Source of the DNA: a virus | Lineage: Duplodnaviria > Caudoviricetes | Direction: 5' to 3' (one strand) | Virus record (IMG/VR): IMGVR_UViG_3300044716_000122 | Coordinates: 31,046-95,045 of that record | DNA length: 64,000 nt | Shown here: one piece after another, positions 39,095-47,842 of the stretch | How the letters are laid out: each line of letters begins with the position of its first letter | Numbering within the stretch: position 1 is the first letter of the stretch | Translations under genes and position numbers: made by a program | Notes under the pieces: model-generated | Told to the model about the DNA's origin: nothing | Databases searched by the model: none | Seen by the model: the letters and a program-made list of their open reading frames with translations, nothing else

Positions 39095-41104
39095 TTAGTA
39101 TCGGAAGGGGGATGAGGTTGTACGGAACAAAGAGTTCCCTTTCTTTTCTCGGAAGTAAGCCTGGATTCTATTATCATCGTTTGAGTTAGAAATAATAACC
39201 TGAGTAGTAAGAGTCTTAGCCATAGCTAGAGTTAATCCAAATGAAATAACTCGGTCAACGTTTAACTTAGGGGTAAACTTAATTAACTCCTTAATCAAAA
39301 GAGGATCTAACATTCTGGTTACTCCTAGTCTTTCTTTTACAATAGCTCCATCTTCGTCTCTCTCTACTTCTATTACCTCGGTTATGTATTCGATAATAAG
39401 AGACATCAAATAGTTTTTAATGTCTTTAGTCATGTGAATACCATAGTCACGATTAACTGTAGAGTTAGGGTGAATGTCATTTAGGAACTTAGGCGTCTTC
39501 TCTAGAACCTTGGGAGATTCATTCTTGTCTACACAGTGCTGGATAAAACCATAGTCCATGTTTTCACAAAGAGTTTTAGCATTGTAATACTTAAGAAGCA
39601 TCTTAGTTATCTCATACCAAGTCTCAATCTTCTTAGGACGACCTGTGTAACAAGCTACAACTATATTCTGCCAACCTTCTCCGCTTAGATTGTGGACCCT
39701 CTTATAAATATAAGTAGAACCCAAAGAAGTTGAGTAGTGTGCCTGCGACTGTTTGTATGGATCCGTTCCTGCTGTATAAAGTCCATAGGGGGCTTCTGAC
39801 AGAGGATATTCCCAAATCTGAACACAACCCTCAATGGGATCTGTGGACTTAACAGGGAAGTTAATAACGGGCTTCTTGTCTGTAAACTTGTGTCTTATCT
39901 TTCCATCAGAGTTAATGTAGAGTTCTACATTGTCTGCTTGGATTTCTTGAGCACTTAATTTCTGTAGTTGTTCTTGAAGTAAGTCTACAGGAAATATGTT
40001 CTGAGATAGTTCTAAGAAACACTCTTCGTGATTCAAAGGATAGTACATTACTTCTTTTAAGTAAGCTTCTAAACCGTTTGATTTCTTAGTCTGTTCTCTA
40101 GACTTTAAGATAAGTTCTTTTCCTTTCTCTTCGTCTGCTACCCAAATCTTAATTATGTCTAACTCAGAAGGATCTTCTTTACCTAAGTAAAGTCCTAGGG
40201 GAGTTTCTTGCTTTGGAACTTTCAAAGAACGTGTACCTGGAATAAAGAGTCCATAAGACTTTCCTGTTTCATTAGACTCTACAGGAAGAAAGTTATAAGC
40301 TTCAGGATTGTTAAATAACTCTTCTAGGTCTGCTGCCTTAGTCATATCTCCAGAAGTTCCAATTACAAAAGGAGAACAACGCCAGCCATAAGGACTGTCA
40401 AAACAAGGAGTAGTTGCCGCTAAGCAAGAAAGGATCTTTCCTTTTCCTCCTTCTTCTAAAAGAAACGAAGATAGAGTAAGACCTGCCGCTGCTTCCGTAT
40501 TGTTGCCTTCATCAAAGTTTCTTACGTGGAACTTAGACCACTCATTACGAGAGTTAGTTCTCTTATCTTTAAATCCTAAAGTTACCTGTCTCTTCCAGTC
40601 ATCCTCAATACGAGGGAACCTAAAGTAGTCAGGAAGATTTCTAATACCTAAGTCTACGTAGTCTGTGATTACTTTTAAGTCAGGTTGGTTAAGCGCAGAT
40701 ATCAAGTTGTCAGAACCTTTCTGTGTAATGGCTTTGTGAGCCATATAAGAAGAAGTTAGAACTGACTTAGAGATACGTCTAGATCCTACCATCACAACTC
40801 CTTTCTTTCCGTCTATATGATTCTCTGCTTTATGGATAGTTTCATCTACTGCTAAGTAGGTATCCCAAAGCTGAGGTTTGTCTAGCTTTCTAATTTGACG
40901 CTTACCTACCATTGTATCTACATAAATAGACCAGTAGTTTAAATGCCAATAAATAAAAGGCGAGAAATAAAATCCATTAATAGTTACACCTTCTGTAATC
41001 TTTTTGTCTTCGTTCTCCCAAAATGCATCATACTCCTCTGAGCCAATCTCAGGGAAGGACTTAACATTAATAAAGAATTCTGGACTTTCTAGATTAGCGT
41101 GCAT
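39095..41104 (-). CDS. terL: Terminase large subunit
   Basis: Walker A-like GSRRISKS, Walker B FLLEEGG, nuclease motifs GTDPY and NVDRV. Confidence 0.9.
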   Translation of the reverse strand: MHANLESPEFFINVKSFPEIGSEEYDAFWENEDKKITEGVTINGFYFSPFIYWHLNYWSIYVDTMVGKRQIRKLDKPQLWDTYLAVDETIHKAENHIDGKKGVVMVGSRRISKSVLTSSYMAHKAITQKGSDNLISALNQPDLKVITDYVDLGIRNLPDYFRFPRIEDDWKRQVTLGFKDKRTNSRNEWSKFHVRNFDEGNNTEAAAGLTLSSFLLEEGGKGKILSCLAATTPCFDSPYGWRCSPFVIGTSGDMTKAADLEELFNNPEAYNFLPVESNETGKSYGLFIPGTRSLKVPKQETPLGLYLGKEDPSELDIIKIWVADEEKGKELILKSREQTKKSNGLEAYLKEVMYYPLNHEECFLELSQNIFPVDLLQEQLQKLSAQEIQADNVELYINSDGKIRHKFTDKKPVINFPVKSTDPIEGCVQIWEYPLSEAPYGLYTAGTDPYKQSQAHYSTSLGSTYIYKRVHNLSGEGWQNIVVACYTGRPKKIETWYEITKMLLKYYNAKTLCENMDYGFIQHCVDKNESPKVLEKTPKFLNDIHPNSTVNRDYGIHMTKDIKNYLMSLIIEYITEVIEVERDEDGAIVKERLGVTRMLDPLLIKELIKFTPKLNVDRVISFGLTLAMAKTLTTQVIISNSNDDNRIQAYFREKKGNSLFRTTSSPFRY

Positions 41105-41105
41105 A

Positions 41106-41423
41106 TTAACTGAATTGTTTCATCTTACCATTAATTTCTTGAGAACCTCTAGCTTCTGCTTTCTGTTCTTCTTTCTCTCTCAACCTATCTACTACTTCTA
41201 GAAGAGCTAAATACTCTTTCATAGTATCTCTTAAAGATTTGATTTGAGATTCTTGGCTAGCAATAACCATAGGCATAGTTCCGCCTTTAGCTGTTGGCTT
41301 CCACTCAATTCTATCTTTCAAAGAGTTGATAGGGTTGTTATCTATATAAGCTCTCCATTCAGTTAGGCGTTGTTCTGCCCACTCTAGTTCTGCTGATATG
41401 TATGATAATTTCTTAACGGCCAT
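41106..41423 (-). CDS. Probable terminase small subunit
   Basis: 105-aa helical protein directly upstream of terL, C-terminal ARG motif. Confidence 0.45.
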   Translation of the reverse strand: MAVKKLSYISAELEWAEQRLTEWRAYIDNNPINSLKDRIEWKPTAKGGTMPMVIASQESQIKSLRDTMKEYLALLEVVDRLREKEEQKAEARGSQEINGKMKQFS

Positions 41424-41616
41424 TTGAGTATTTCTTTAAAAATTCTTCTTGAGACATGTTCATGATGTCCTCTAGCACACGTGCATAGAAGTCTTCATCT
41501 CTGCCTGTTTTACTGTACGAAAACCCTGCTTTCCAAAATATCTTAAATGTCTCAAATAAGTTATCTTGTAAAGTAAAGTTTACGTATGGCTGGGGGTTTG
41601 GTTGGTTGTCTATCAT
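41413..41616 (-). CDS. Hypothetical protein
   Basis: 67-aa ORF tightly packed in the operon. Confidence 0.55.
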   Translation of the reverse strand: MIDNQPNPQPYVNFTLQDNLFETFKIFWKAGFSYSKTGRDEDFYARVLEDIMNMSQEEFLKKYSNGR

Positions 41617-41617
41617 C

Positions 41618-41746
41618 TTACTTTGCTTTAGAAGAAACCTTTACTAAAGGTTTGTCGGCAGGCAAGAAGTAGATCTGAACTCCACACTTGCTACCTGGTT
41701 TTTTGTCGCAACCATTCTTGATGGTTACTGTTCTGTGCTTTTCCAT
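41618..41746 (-). CDS. Small hypothetical protein (42 aa, not in ORF track)
   Basis: MEKHRTVTIKNGCDKKPGSKCGVQIYFLPADKPLVKVSSKAK* fills the gap exactly. Confidence 0.5.
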   Translation of the reverse strand: MEKHRTVTIKNGCDKKPGSKCGVQIYFLPADKPLVKVSSKAK

Positions 41747-42102
41747 TTTAATTCTATTTTATGTAAAGGGTGTTCTGCGTTCCAATCTGCTATTCCACAA
41801 TCTGAAGATAGAGATGCCGTTTTGTAGGTAGCGATGCAGCCACAAAATGAACAGTGAAGTTCGTTTCTGTCAGTGCTGTAGTGCTTGCCTGTGAGTTGTA
41901 CATACTCGGGAGAAGTGACTGCGTTTCTTGAATTGTAGGGACAATTAATACAAATGTCCATTCTGTCTGCGATAATGTTCTGTTTTTCATGGCTTAGTAG
42001 TTTAAATTGATTCGCTGTCTTCGTTGCTACTCCCTCCAATACTTTGTTCAAATTCTTTAGCCCCTTCAGGCTCAGGGCCATGTACTCTTTGTAAGGATTC
42101 AT
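41725..42102 (-). CDS. Cys-rich, putative metal-binding protein
   Basis: RMDICINCP...CSFCGC...K...C motif. Confidence 0.6.
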   Translation of the reverse strand: MNPYKEYMALSLKGLKNLNKVLEGVATKTANQFKLLSHEKQNIIADRMDICINCPYNSRNAVTSPEYVQLTGKHYSTDRNELHCSFCGCIATYKTASLSSDCGIADWNAEHPLHKIELKWKSTEQ

Positions 42103-42547
42103 ATAATTTCTGGTGGTTTAATATTTGTGTCTGATATGTTCTATCCATATACTCTATGGTTTGTTGGTTATAGAGTTTTTTAGATTGTCCTCTTTCGTAT
42201 CTTTCTTTAAATAGTCTAAGCCAATCTTCTAACATGTAGTAGTTAGCATAACCTCTGATTGCTGTGAGTCCTTGTCTTTCTGTCTCATAAGTTAATAGAT
42301 ACTCGGACTTAAGTTTCTTAGCTATTAGTTTGATTGCTCTAGAAGGATTAAAAACTAAAACTCCTAAGCCAGACAATCTAACTTTAACTGTAGGTAGCTC
42401 TACTATTTCCTCAATGGTTTTCTTTAAGTACCATTCGTATACAGTACTTACCTTATCAATAGTAAGACCCATTTCTTTTGCTACATCTGAATAGGCAGCA
42501 TAGGTCTTTATCTCAATGGTTTCGTATGTATCCTTTATTGAGGTCAT
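42002..42547 (-). CDS. IHF/HU-like protein
   Basis: Two N-terminal helices followed by VRLSGLGVL. Confidence 0.5.
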   Translation of the reverse strand: MTSIKDTYETIEIKTYAAYSDVAKEMGLTIDKVSTVYEWYLKKTIEEIVELPTVKVRLSGLGVLVFNPSRAIKLIAKKLKSEYLLTYETERQGLTAIRGYANYYMLEDWLRLFKERYERGQSKKLYNQQTIEYMDRTYQTQILNHQKLYESLQRVHGPEPEGAKEFEQSIGGSSNEDSESI

Positions 42548-42897
42548 GCAGTTGCTAAAGCTTCTTGCTTAAGAACAGGTTGATCTAAAGTAGAAAGAAC
42601 CAAAGTAAGTGTGACACCTTGCTTGCTAGTAGGACACAGTCTTGGGTTGACTGCATTCTTTTCTAAGATGCCCATCTTTCTTAACTTAGTTATTCCATTA
42701 GAAATAACTTGGATTGATGTGTCAAACTCACTGGCGATTCTTTCTTTTACTACTTTGTCTAAAGTACCGTAAAATGAACTATGGGCTAATATACTGGTGT
42801 ACAGGTCTGATAACCTATACCCCGCAAGTCTAAGTAATACATCAATGTATGCCTGATGCAACTTAACTCCTTCTTCGTATTTACGTGCTACTTTCAT
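42544..42897 (-). CDS. Winged helix-turn-helix protein
   Basis: IASEFDTSIQVISNGITKLRKMGIL; start moved to ATG 42897 (AAACCAACCAATG leader, promoter just upstream). Confidence 0.55.
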   Translation of the reverse strand: MKVARKYEEGVKLHQAYIDVLLRLAGYRLSDLYTSILAHSSFYGTLDKVVKERIASEFDTSIQVISNGITKLRKMGILEKNAVNPRLCPTSKQGVTLTLVLSTLDQPVLKQEALATA

Positions 42898-42921
42898 TGG
42901 TTGGTTTTGTTTTAACGTAAA

Positions 42922-42951
42922 CAAATATACTATCTTAACAAAAAAAGTCAA
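42922..42951 (-). promoter_or_regulatory. Bacteroidota sigma-A type promoter
   Basis: TTG-N19-TATATTTG. Confidence 0.7.
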
Positions 42952-43069
42952 GTTATATGTTAACTCAAAGAATACTTTTAACTTAAGATATTAACCGTGT
43001 TAACCCAACTCTTAACACCTATGGTTATTTTAGTGAAAAACTATGTCTAGACAAAAAATAATTAAAGAT

Positions 43070-43087
43070 TATATTTGTACAAGGAGG
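43070..43087 (+). promoter_or_regulatory. -7 promoter element and Shine-Dalgarno sequence
   Basis: TATATTTG at 43070-43077; AAGGAGG at 43081-43087, 7 nt before ATG 43095. Confidence 0.55.
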
Positions 43088-43094
43088 ATTTGTT

Positions 43095-43367
43095 ATGTCG
43101 ATGGATAAAATTAAAAAACCAAATGCCCAGGAAGTATTTGATATTTTCTTACTAGCACTCCAAGATGAGCAGGTAAAGCTAGAAGGAGATATAGGAGGAT
43201 TTAAATTAGCTCTCTATGATGGCTTTAAAGCATTCACTTATCGTAAAAAGTATAACGAAGAAATGCTTTTTGACTACATTGAAGAAGCATTAACAGAACT
43301 TTTAGATGAAGACCAACCTATGCAACAGACTGACTACATGCATGCTCAGAAGTCAGCAGGAATTTAA
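43095..43367 (+). CDS. Small acidic hypothetical protein (the only convincing plus-strand gene)
   Basis: 90 aa, lies in a region free of real minus-strand genes, has its own promoter element and SD. Confidence 0.7.
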   Translation: MSMDKIKKPNAQEVFDIFLLALQDEQVKLEGDIGGFKLALYDGFKAFTYRKKYNEEMLFDYIEEALTELLDEDQPMQQTDYMHAQKSAGI

Positions 43368-43397
43368 TCCCACAATTTATCCACAGAGCAAACAGTT

Positions 43398-43700
43398 GAC
43401 TACAAAATGTAGTTACCTTCGTAGTGACATCACATCTTTGTGTTCGCAGACGAGGATTTAAAAGTAATCTGCTAGAAGTTGGATTGTATGAGTAGCCCTC
43501 AGAGGTGAAAAGAGGTTTCTCCGATAGTGTCAAAATGTTCTAATAAAGTTTACAGTGCTCTAACCTACAACCAATAGACCGTAGGCAATAAGTGGACAGA
43601 ATAGAGACTTAGCTCTGAGGAGCTATTTGGTTAAAAACTGCTGTAATATAAGTTAGAATAGAAAGTCAAAATAGACTACTTCTCGGAGAGAGAAGGAACC
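43398..43700 (+). ncRNA. Candidate structured non-coding RNA
   Basis: Several long-range complementary segments whose non-Watson-Crick pairs are G-U on the plus strand (see findings); boundaries approximate. Confidence 0.55.
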
Positions 43701-43704
43701 TATC

Positions 43705-44151
43705 CTATTTTAAACTCTCAAACCCACTCTTAAACGACTTCTCTAAAGCTTTAGAATAAGCTTTTCTGTTATGAGGAATACCTTCTACAGAAACAAACAT
43801 AGCATTAACGTAAACTACTTTACTAGCTTCTCCTTGAAGAAGAATTCCATTTACGTTAATTTCTGTACTTACAATGTATTCTCGTTTAAGAAACTGTAAG
43901 CCTACAATATTTACAAGTTGTTCTGGCATTGCAATGGATTTGATTTTTCCTGAAATAGGACTGCCCTCATTACATAATTGGTACTTGGCTGAAGCAATCT
44001 CTTCTAGAGTAGTTTGTGCTCCAAAGATTATAGGTCTTCCTCCTATCTCTGTTACAGTAGCAATTGAGGTTACAGTGTCAATCTTATAGCATTGAGCACT
44101 CAGAGAAGTCATCATAGTGACTAAAGCGGAAAGTATAAATAGTTTTTTCAT
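43705..44151 (-). CDS. Exported protein with signal peptide
   Basis: MKKLFILSALVTMMTSLSA-Q signal, alpha/beta mature domain. Confidence 0.7.
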   Translation of the reverse strand: MKKLFILSALVTMMTSLSAQCYKIDTVTSIATVTEIGGRPIIFGAQTTLEEIASAKYQLCNEGSPISGKIKSIAMPEQLVNIVGLQFLKREYIVSTEINVNGILLQGEASKVVYVNAMFVSVEGIPHNRKAYSKALEKSFKSGFESLK

Positions 44152-44161
44152 AATTTAATAG

Positions 44162-45145
44162 TTAGTAGGTTACTGCTCCAGCATAACCAGGAGCTATTAT
44201 GTAGAGATTTAAAGTTCCTCCACTAGTTAAAGTAGAAGTTGTATGAGTGGAAACTCCAGGATAAGTTGCACGTACATTTGTAGTAGCCGCTTTAATTGCA
44301 TTGTATTGAGAAGTAGTAAAGATTCTTACGTCAGGAGCTGTTCTCCACTTAGAAAACCTTCCTGCTTTTCTTGCAGCCACATAATACTTGTCTGCTACTG
44401 AAAGTAATCCATCTTCATTTACATCATACATGTGAAAAGACAAACCATTTCTTGTAGTTTTTCCTAGTATAGTATTAGATACTCCTTGGATATCTGAGGT
44501 TGCATAAGCCTGGACTCTAGTAGGGGCAGCTATCTCTATGTAGTACTCCTTAGAAGGATCATAAGTCTCAGAAATAGAATAGTAACCCGAAGAGTTAGTA
44601 TAAATAGTTTTATAAAGGGTCCAAGAAGAAGTTGTTACTATGTAATCAAATTCTATAACATAAGCCAGACTACTACTATTGTTTAAATCATTCCACTTAC
44701 CGCTACCTACAAATTGAATGTAGTCTTCATTACCTGAGTTATTGGGTTCTCCTGAGTTCCAGTTTGTGTAAGAAAAAGTTTCTCCTGTTACCCATTTCCA
44801 AGTCCCCTCTGTTACTTCATCTGTTAGTCCTATCCAACCAGAAGGCCAAAGATTAAATAAGAAACTATTTTCACCTGAACTTGTAACTGTTACTAAATAA
44901 CCACCCATAGCAACACAGTTAGCTTTAGCTGTAGTCCAGTTAGCTGTTCCTGTAGAACGATAGTAAGAGTGCCCATTATAATTACTCTGAGAAGTAAATC
45001 CTGTTATAGTAGAATTTGTCCTTCTATATAGCTTTACAGCCACGTTGTTTGCACCAGATCCATTTGCATTATACAAGTATCCAGAATAAGTGAATTGTGC
45101 ACTCAGTGCGTTCACAAAGAAGAATAGAACAATAACCCACCTCAT
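44162..45145 (-). CDS. Exported C-type lectin plus dockerin-like protein
   Basis: Signal peptide ending LSA-Q; CTL motifs YNGHSYY, WIGLTD, WNSGEPNN and WND; Ca-loop DVNEDGLLSVAD. Confidence 0.8.
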   Translation of the reverse strand: MRWVIVLFFFVNALSAQFTYSGYLYNANGSGANNVAVKLYRRTNSTITGFTSQSNYNGHSYYRSTGTANWTTAKANCVAMGGYLVTVTSSGENSFLFNLWPSGWIGLTDEVTEGTWKWVTGETFSYTNWNSGEPNNSGNEDYIQFVGSGKWNDLNNSSSLAYVIEFDYIVTTSSWTLYKTIYTNSSGYYSISETYDPSKEYYIEIAAPTRVQAYATSDIQGVSNTILGKTTRNGLSFHMYDVNEDGLLSVADKYYVAARKAGRFSKWRTAPDVRIFTTSQYNAIKAATTNVRATYPGVSTHTTSTLTSGGTLNLYIIAPGYAGAVTY

Positions 45146-46605
45146 ATCAATAACTTTGCTCCCATTAAGATTTGAAAGTTGAGAATGTCCTGACCTGCTA
45201 CATAAGTTCCTCCTCCTGTAATACCTAGACCAAATGTCTTAGTCATCTTCCAGGTAAGGTTTACAAAAGGAATTACAATAGGCTTAGCTTTAAATAAAGA
45301 CTCTGTATAATACTTAGAGTAGGGAGAATAGATACCTGCCATAATAATTGTAGCATCTATATGTTTAGTAAGTTTTCCCTTATACATAAATCCCCCTATA
45401 ACAATAGTAGAGATCATTTGTTCTCCGTAGAGTTTACCATAAGTTCCAGCAGCTCCGTAGAGTGCTGTAAAGTTCTTGACTGAATTTACTCTAACAAACA
45501 GAGCTGTGTTAGAGAAGGCTTTAGGCATCAGACTCATTCCATCTGATACTACACTAATGTGTTTATGCCCTTTTTTGTTTGCTCCTATCCATGAACGGAC
45601 ACAGGAGATATTACCGATCTTAGCATTAAGCATATAATCGGCTGAAAACCCAAGAGAAGAAGTACCATCTCCTTTTACTCTTGTAAAGGAAGCAGTACCT
45701 CTTGCATCTTGTGCTCCATCAGACTTAGTCTGAATACCAACTAAATCACCCGTTACTATGATCGCAGGCTTAGCAACTTCGGCTTTAGCTTTATTGGCTG
45801 CTTTCACAGTACCACCAGACTGAGACTTTTGTTGCTCAGTCTTAGTTTCTTCTACTTTTTGTTCTGAGGGTTTCTCGGTTTGTACTTCCGTTTTTTCTTC
45901 GGTTTTACCACTGGAGGAGCCACTACTTCCTGAGCCACTTCCACTTCCACTGCTACCACTGGAGCTTCCGCTACTACTTCCACTACTTCCACTACTGGAG
46001 TTGTCACCACTGCTTCCTGCATTACCGTCTCCGCTGCTTCCACTACTGGATTGGTTACTGCCTGAGGTTTCTGAGGAGTTACCTCCACCGTTTGATTGTC
46101 CGTTTTCTCCTGACGAGCTGCCAGAATTACCAGAACCACTAGAGCTACTGCTAGTACGATTCCGAGAGTTAGTTCGATTGTCATTGCTATTGGTTTTATT
46201 GTTAGTTCCTACGTTAGTTCCTGAAGAAGTACTCCCACCTACATCTACGTTAACACTTCCTACATTTGATATGGCCCCTAGATTCATAACATTACTTACA
46301 ATGTTTAAGGTCGCATTTGTAGTCGTTGTTGTTGTAGTAGTTACTCCAACTCCTTGACAGGGTGATGTATTTTTATACTTCAAATATACACTATTTATCC
46401 AATTATCAAATGTTCCATCTGTTAATTCTGTATAAGAGAAAGTTTGTACCTGTCCATAGTAAGCAATTACTATAGGACTAGACATATTTGCGTTAATAAA
46501 TTTTAACTCTTGTGTACACGGATCTGTGTAAGAATACATAAAGCTCTGGCCTTTGAGGGACAGAGCTATCATGAATAGGATTAATATCTTAGTTTTTAAA
46601 TACAC
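45142..46605 (-). CDS. Exported protein with Ser/Gly linker and probable C-terminal outer-membrane beta-barrel
   Basis: Signal peptide ending LKG-Q, long S/G linker, alternating hydrophobic strands ending FQILMGAKLLI. Confidence 0.6.
   Translation of the reverse strand: MYLKTKILILFMIALSLKGQSFMYSYTDPCTQELKFINANMSSPIVIAYYGQVQTFSYTELTDGTFDNWINSVYLKYKNTSPCQGVGVTTTTTTTTNATLNIVSNVMNLGAISNVGSVNVDVGGSTSSGTNVGTNNKTNSNDNRTNSRNRTSSSSSGSGNSGSSSGENGQSNGGGNSSETSGSNQSSSGSSGDGNAGSSGDNSSSGSSGSSSGSSSGSSGSGSGSGSSGSSSGKTEEKTEVQTEKPSEQKVEETKTEQQKSQSGGTVKAANKAKAEVAKPAIIVTGDLVGIQTKSDGAQDARGTASFTRVKGDGTSSLGFSADYMLNAKIGNISCVRSWIGANKKGHKHISVVSDGMSLMPKAFSNTALFVRVNSVKNFTALYGAAGTYGKLYGEQMISTIVIGGFMYKGKLTKHIDATIIMAGIYSPYSKYYTESLFKAKPIVIPFVNLTWKMTKTFGLGITGGGTYVAGQDILNFQILMGAKLLI
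45852..46184 (-). CDS. Nested out-of-frame gene: membrane-anchored protein with basic tail
   Basis: ATG with leader AACAATAAAACCAATAGCA, a clean TM helix, a V/E/A/P stalk and a KPKKKRKYKPR tail. Confidence 0.5.
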   Translation of the reverse strand: MTIELTLGIVLAVALVVLVILAARQEKTDNQTVEVTPQKPQAVTNPVVEAAETVMQEAVVTTPVVEVVEVVAEAPVVAVEVEVAQEVVAPPVVKPKKKRKYKPRNPQNKK

Positions 46606-47278
46606 CTGCCTTAATGAGATTTTGAATCACATTAGTACAAGCAGTTTCTAAAGACTTTCTGGTAGCTTTACCGACAGTACTTTGAGAAAACTTCATATCG
46701 TCTAGAGACTTTAAGAAAGATTCGCCTACCTTTTGTGATTCGCCTTCTCCAGATCCAATGTATATCTGACCTGTCTTTGCGTCAACAAAACGCACTTGTA
46801 AGCGAATAAAGGTAGTAACAGCAACCTTCGACTTAAGACCATCAACTTGCTCATCTTCATCAACAGCAAAATCGGCCACAGTAACATAAACAAAGTAGTG
46901 AGCAGGTTTAATCTTACCTTTTCCATCAATGGGTTCATCAAATACACCTTTCTTTGAAGCTTTAAACTGAGTTACCATCCTCTCCTTGATCTCACTCTTC
47001 TCCTCAGTAAATATAAAACGATTCGTTTCATCTAAATAATCTAATACGGATTCAGCAAAACCTAAGCCTACGTTCTTCTCCTGTAATGCAGGATACAAAC
47101 TTAAGACTTTTGTCATGTCTACACTAACTACTTGAACTGTTTTTTTAATAGAATCTGTGTAACCAGAAACACTTGAGATGTCCTTAGATACTACAGGCTC
47201 ATCATCTGTGGTTGTTTTCATACTACCACAAGCAAACAATACAACAGTCAACAATAGACTACCAAGGATCTTCTTCAT
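46589..47278 (-). CDS. CsgG-like lipoprotein
   Basis: Start at ATG 47278 (MKKILGSLLLTVVLFA-C lipobox); L.ETNRF...E and LQVRFVDAKTGQI..G.GEG motifs of the CsgG fold. Confidence 0.7.
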   Translation of the reverse strand: MKKILGSLLLTVVLFACGSMKTTTDDEPVVSKDISSVSGYTDSIKKTVQVVSVDMTKVLSLYPALQEKNVGLGFAESVLDYLDETNRFIFTEEKSEIKERMVTQFKASKKGVFDEPIDGKGKIKPAHYFVYVTVADFAVDEDEQVDGLKSKVAVTTFIRLQVRFVDAKTGQIYIGSGEGESQKVGESFLKSLDDMKFSQSTVGKATRKSLETACTNVIQNLIKAGVFKN

Positions 47279-47576
47279 CTGGTTGAGGTTTAGTAGCAGG
47301 AGCAGGAGTAGCAGCAGGCTTTGAAACCTCTTTCTCTCTGATGATGGTAGTAGTACCTCCACCTGATTGCTTTTGCTGGTTAGTGTTGTTGTTCTCTAAG
47401 TTAACGTTAATAACAGGCTGAGCAGATTGTTCTGTCTTAGCATCTTCTTTAGGTTCTTCGCCTCCTCCTAGATGAGTAGCAAACCAAGCACCACCTGCTG
47501 TAACAGCAGTAGTAATTGCTCCAATGATAGTTTTTTTGATAGCGGACATACCGCTTTCTTCTTTTTCTTCTGACAT
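47259..47576 (-). CDS. Small membrane-anchored protein
   Basis: One hydrophobic helix, low-complexity linker, C-terminal EEDPW. Confidence 0.6.
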   Translation of the reverse strand: MSEEKEESGMSAIKKTIIGAITTAVTAGGAWFATHLGGGEEPKEDAKTEQSAQPVINVNLENNNTNQQKQSGGGTTTIIREKEVSKPAATPAPATKPQPDEEDPW

Positions 47577-47580
47577 GATA

Positions 47581-47841
47581 TTAATTTTTATTTATAAGTT
47601 CTTCTACGTATTTATCTCTTTGCTCCATTAGGTACTGATTACGCTCAATCATTCTAGCTCTTTCATCATCAGTAAGTTTAAGGATTAAAGTTTCTTTATC
47701 AGTTATCATCTTTTTATACTCTTCTAACTGAATTTTAAAGTTCATGTTCTGGTAGTACAGGATACCCACTAATAATATAATAGTGAAAGATTGCTCTTTC
47801 AGCTTCTCAAAAAATGTTTTACCCATAGATCCTTCTTCCAT
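47581..47841 (-). CDS. TM plus coiled-coil protein
   Basis: FTIILLVGILYY followed by heptad repeats. Confidence 0.6.
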   Translation of the reverse strand: MEEGSMGKTFFEKLKEQSFTIILLVGILYYQNMNFKIQLEEYKKMITDKETLILKLTDDERARMIERNQYLMEQRDKYVEELINKN

Positions 47842-47842
47842 A

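Noticed and set aside
33765-41104. Introns or inteins in capsid, portal or terminase genes
   Set aside because: The ORFs are continuous, of normal length, and show no splicing motifs
43377-43385. Perfect DnaA box TTATCCACA
   Set aside because: A single 9-mer is expected by chance in 64 kb of AT-rich DNA and there is no cluster of boxes
43318-43533. 71-aa minus-strand ORF over the RNA candidate
   Set aside because: TTG start, no recognisable features, overlaps the plus-strand gene
43490-43680. Group I intron-like AGAGACTTA / AAGTC (P7-like) pairing in the structured region
   Set aside because: No convincing P4/P6 elements and no interrupted gene; kept only as an unclassified RNA
47279-47362. 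Poly-Leu N-terminal extension of the CsgG-like ORF
   Set aside because: It is the shifted-frame reading of the PAATPAPA linker of the upstream gene; the true lipoprotein signal starts at 47278
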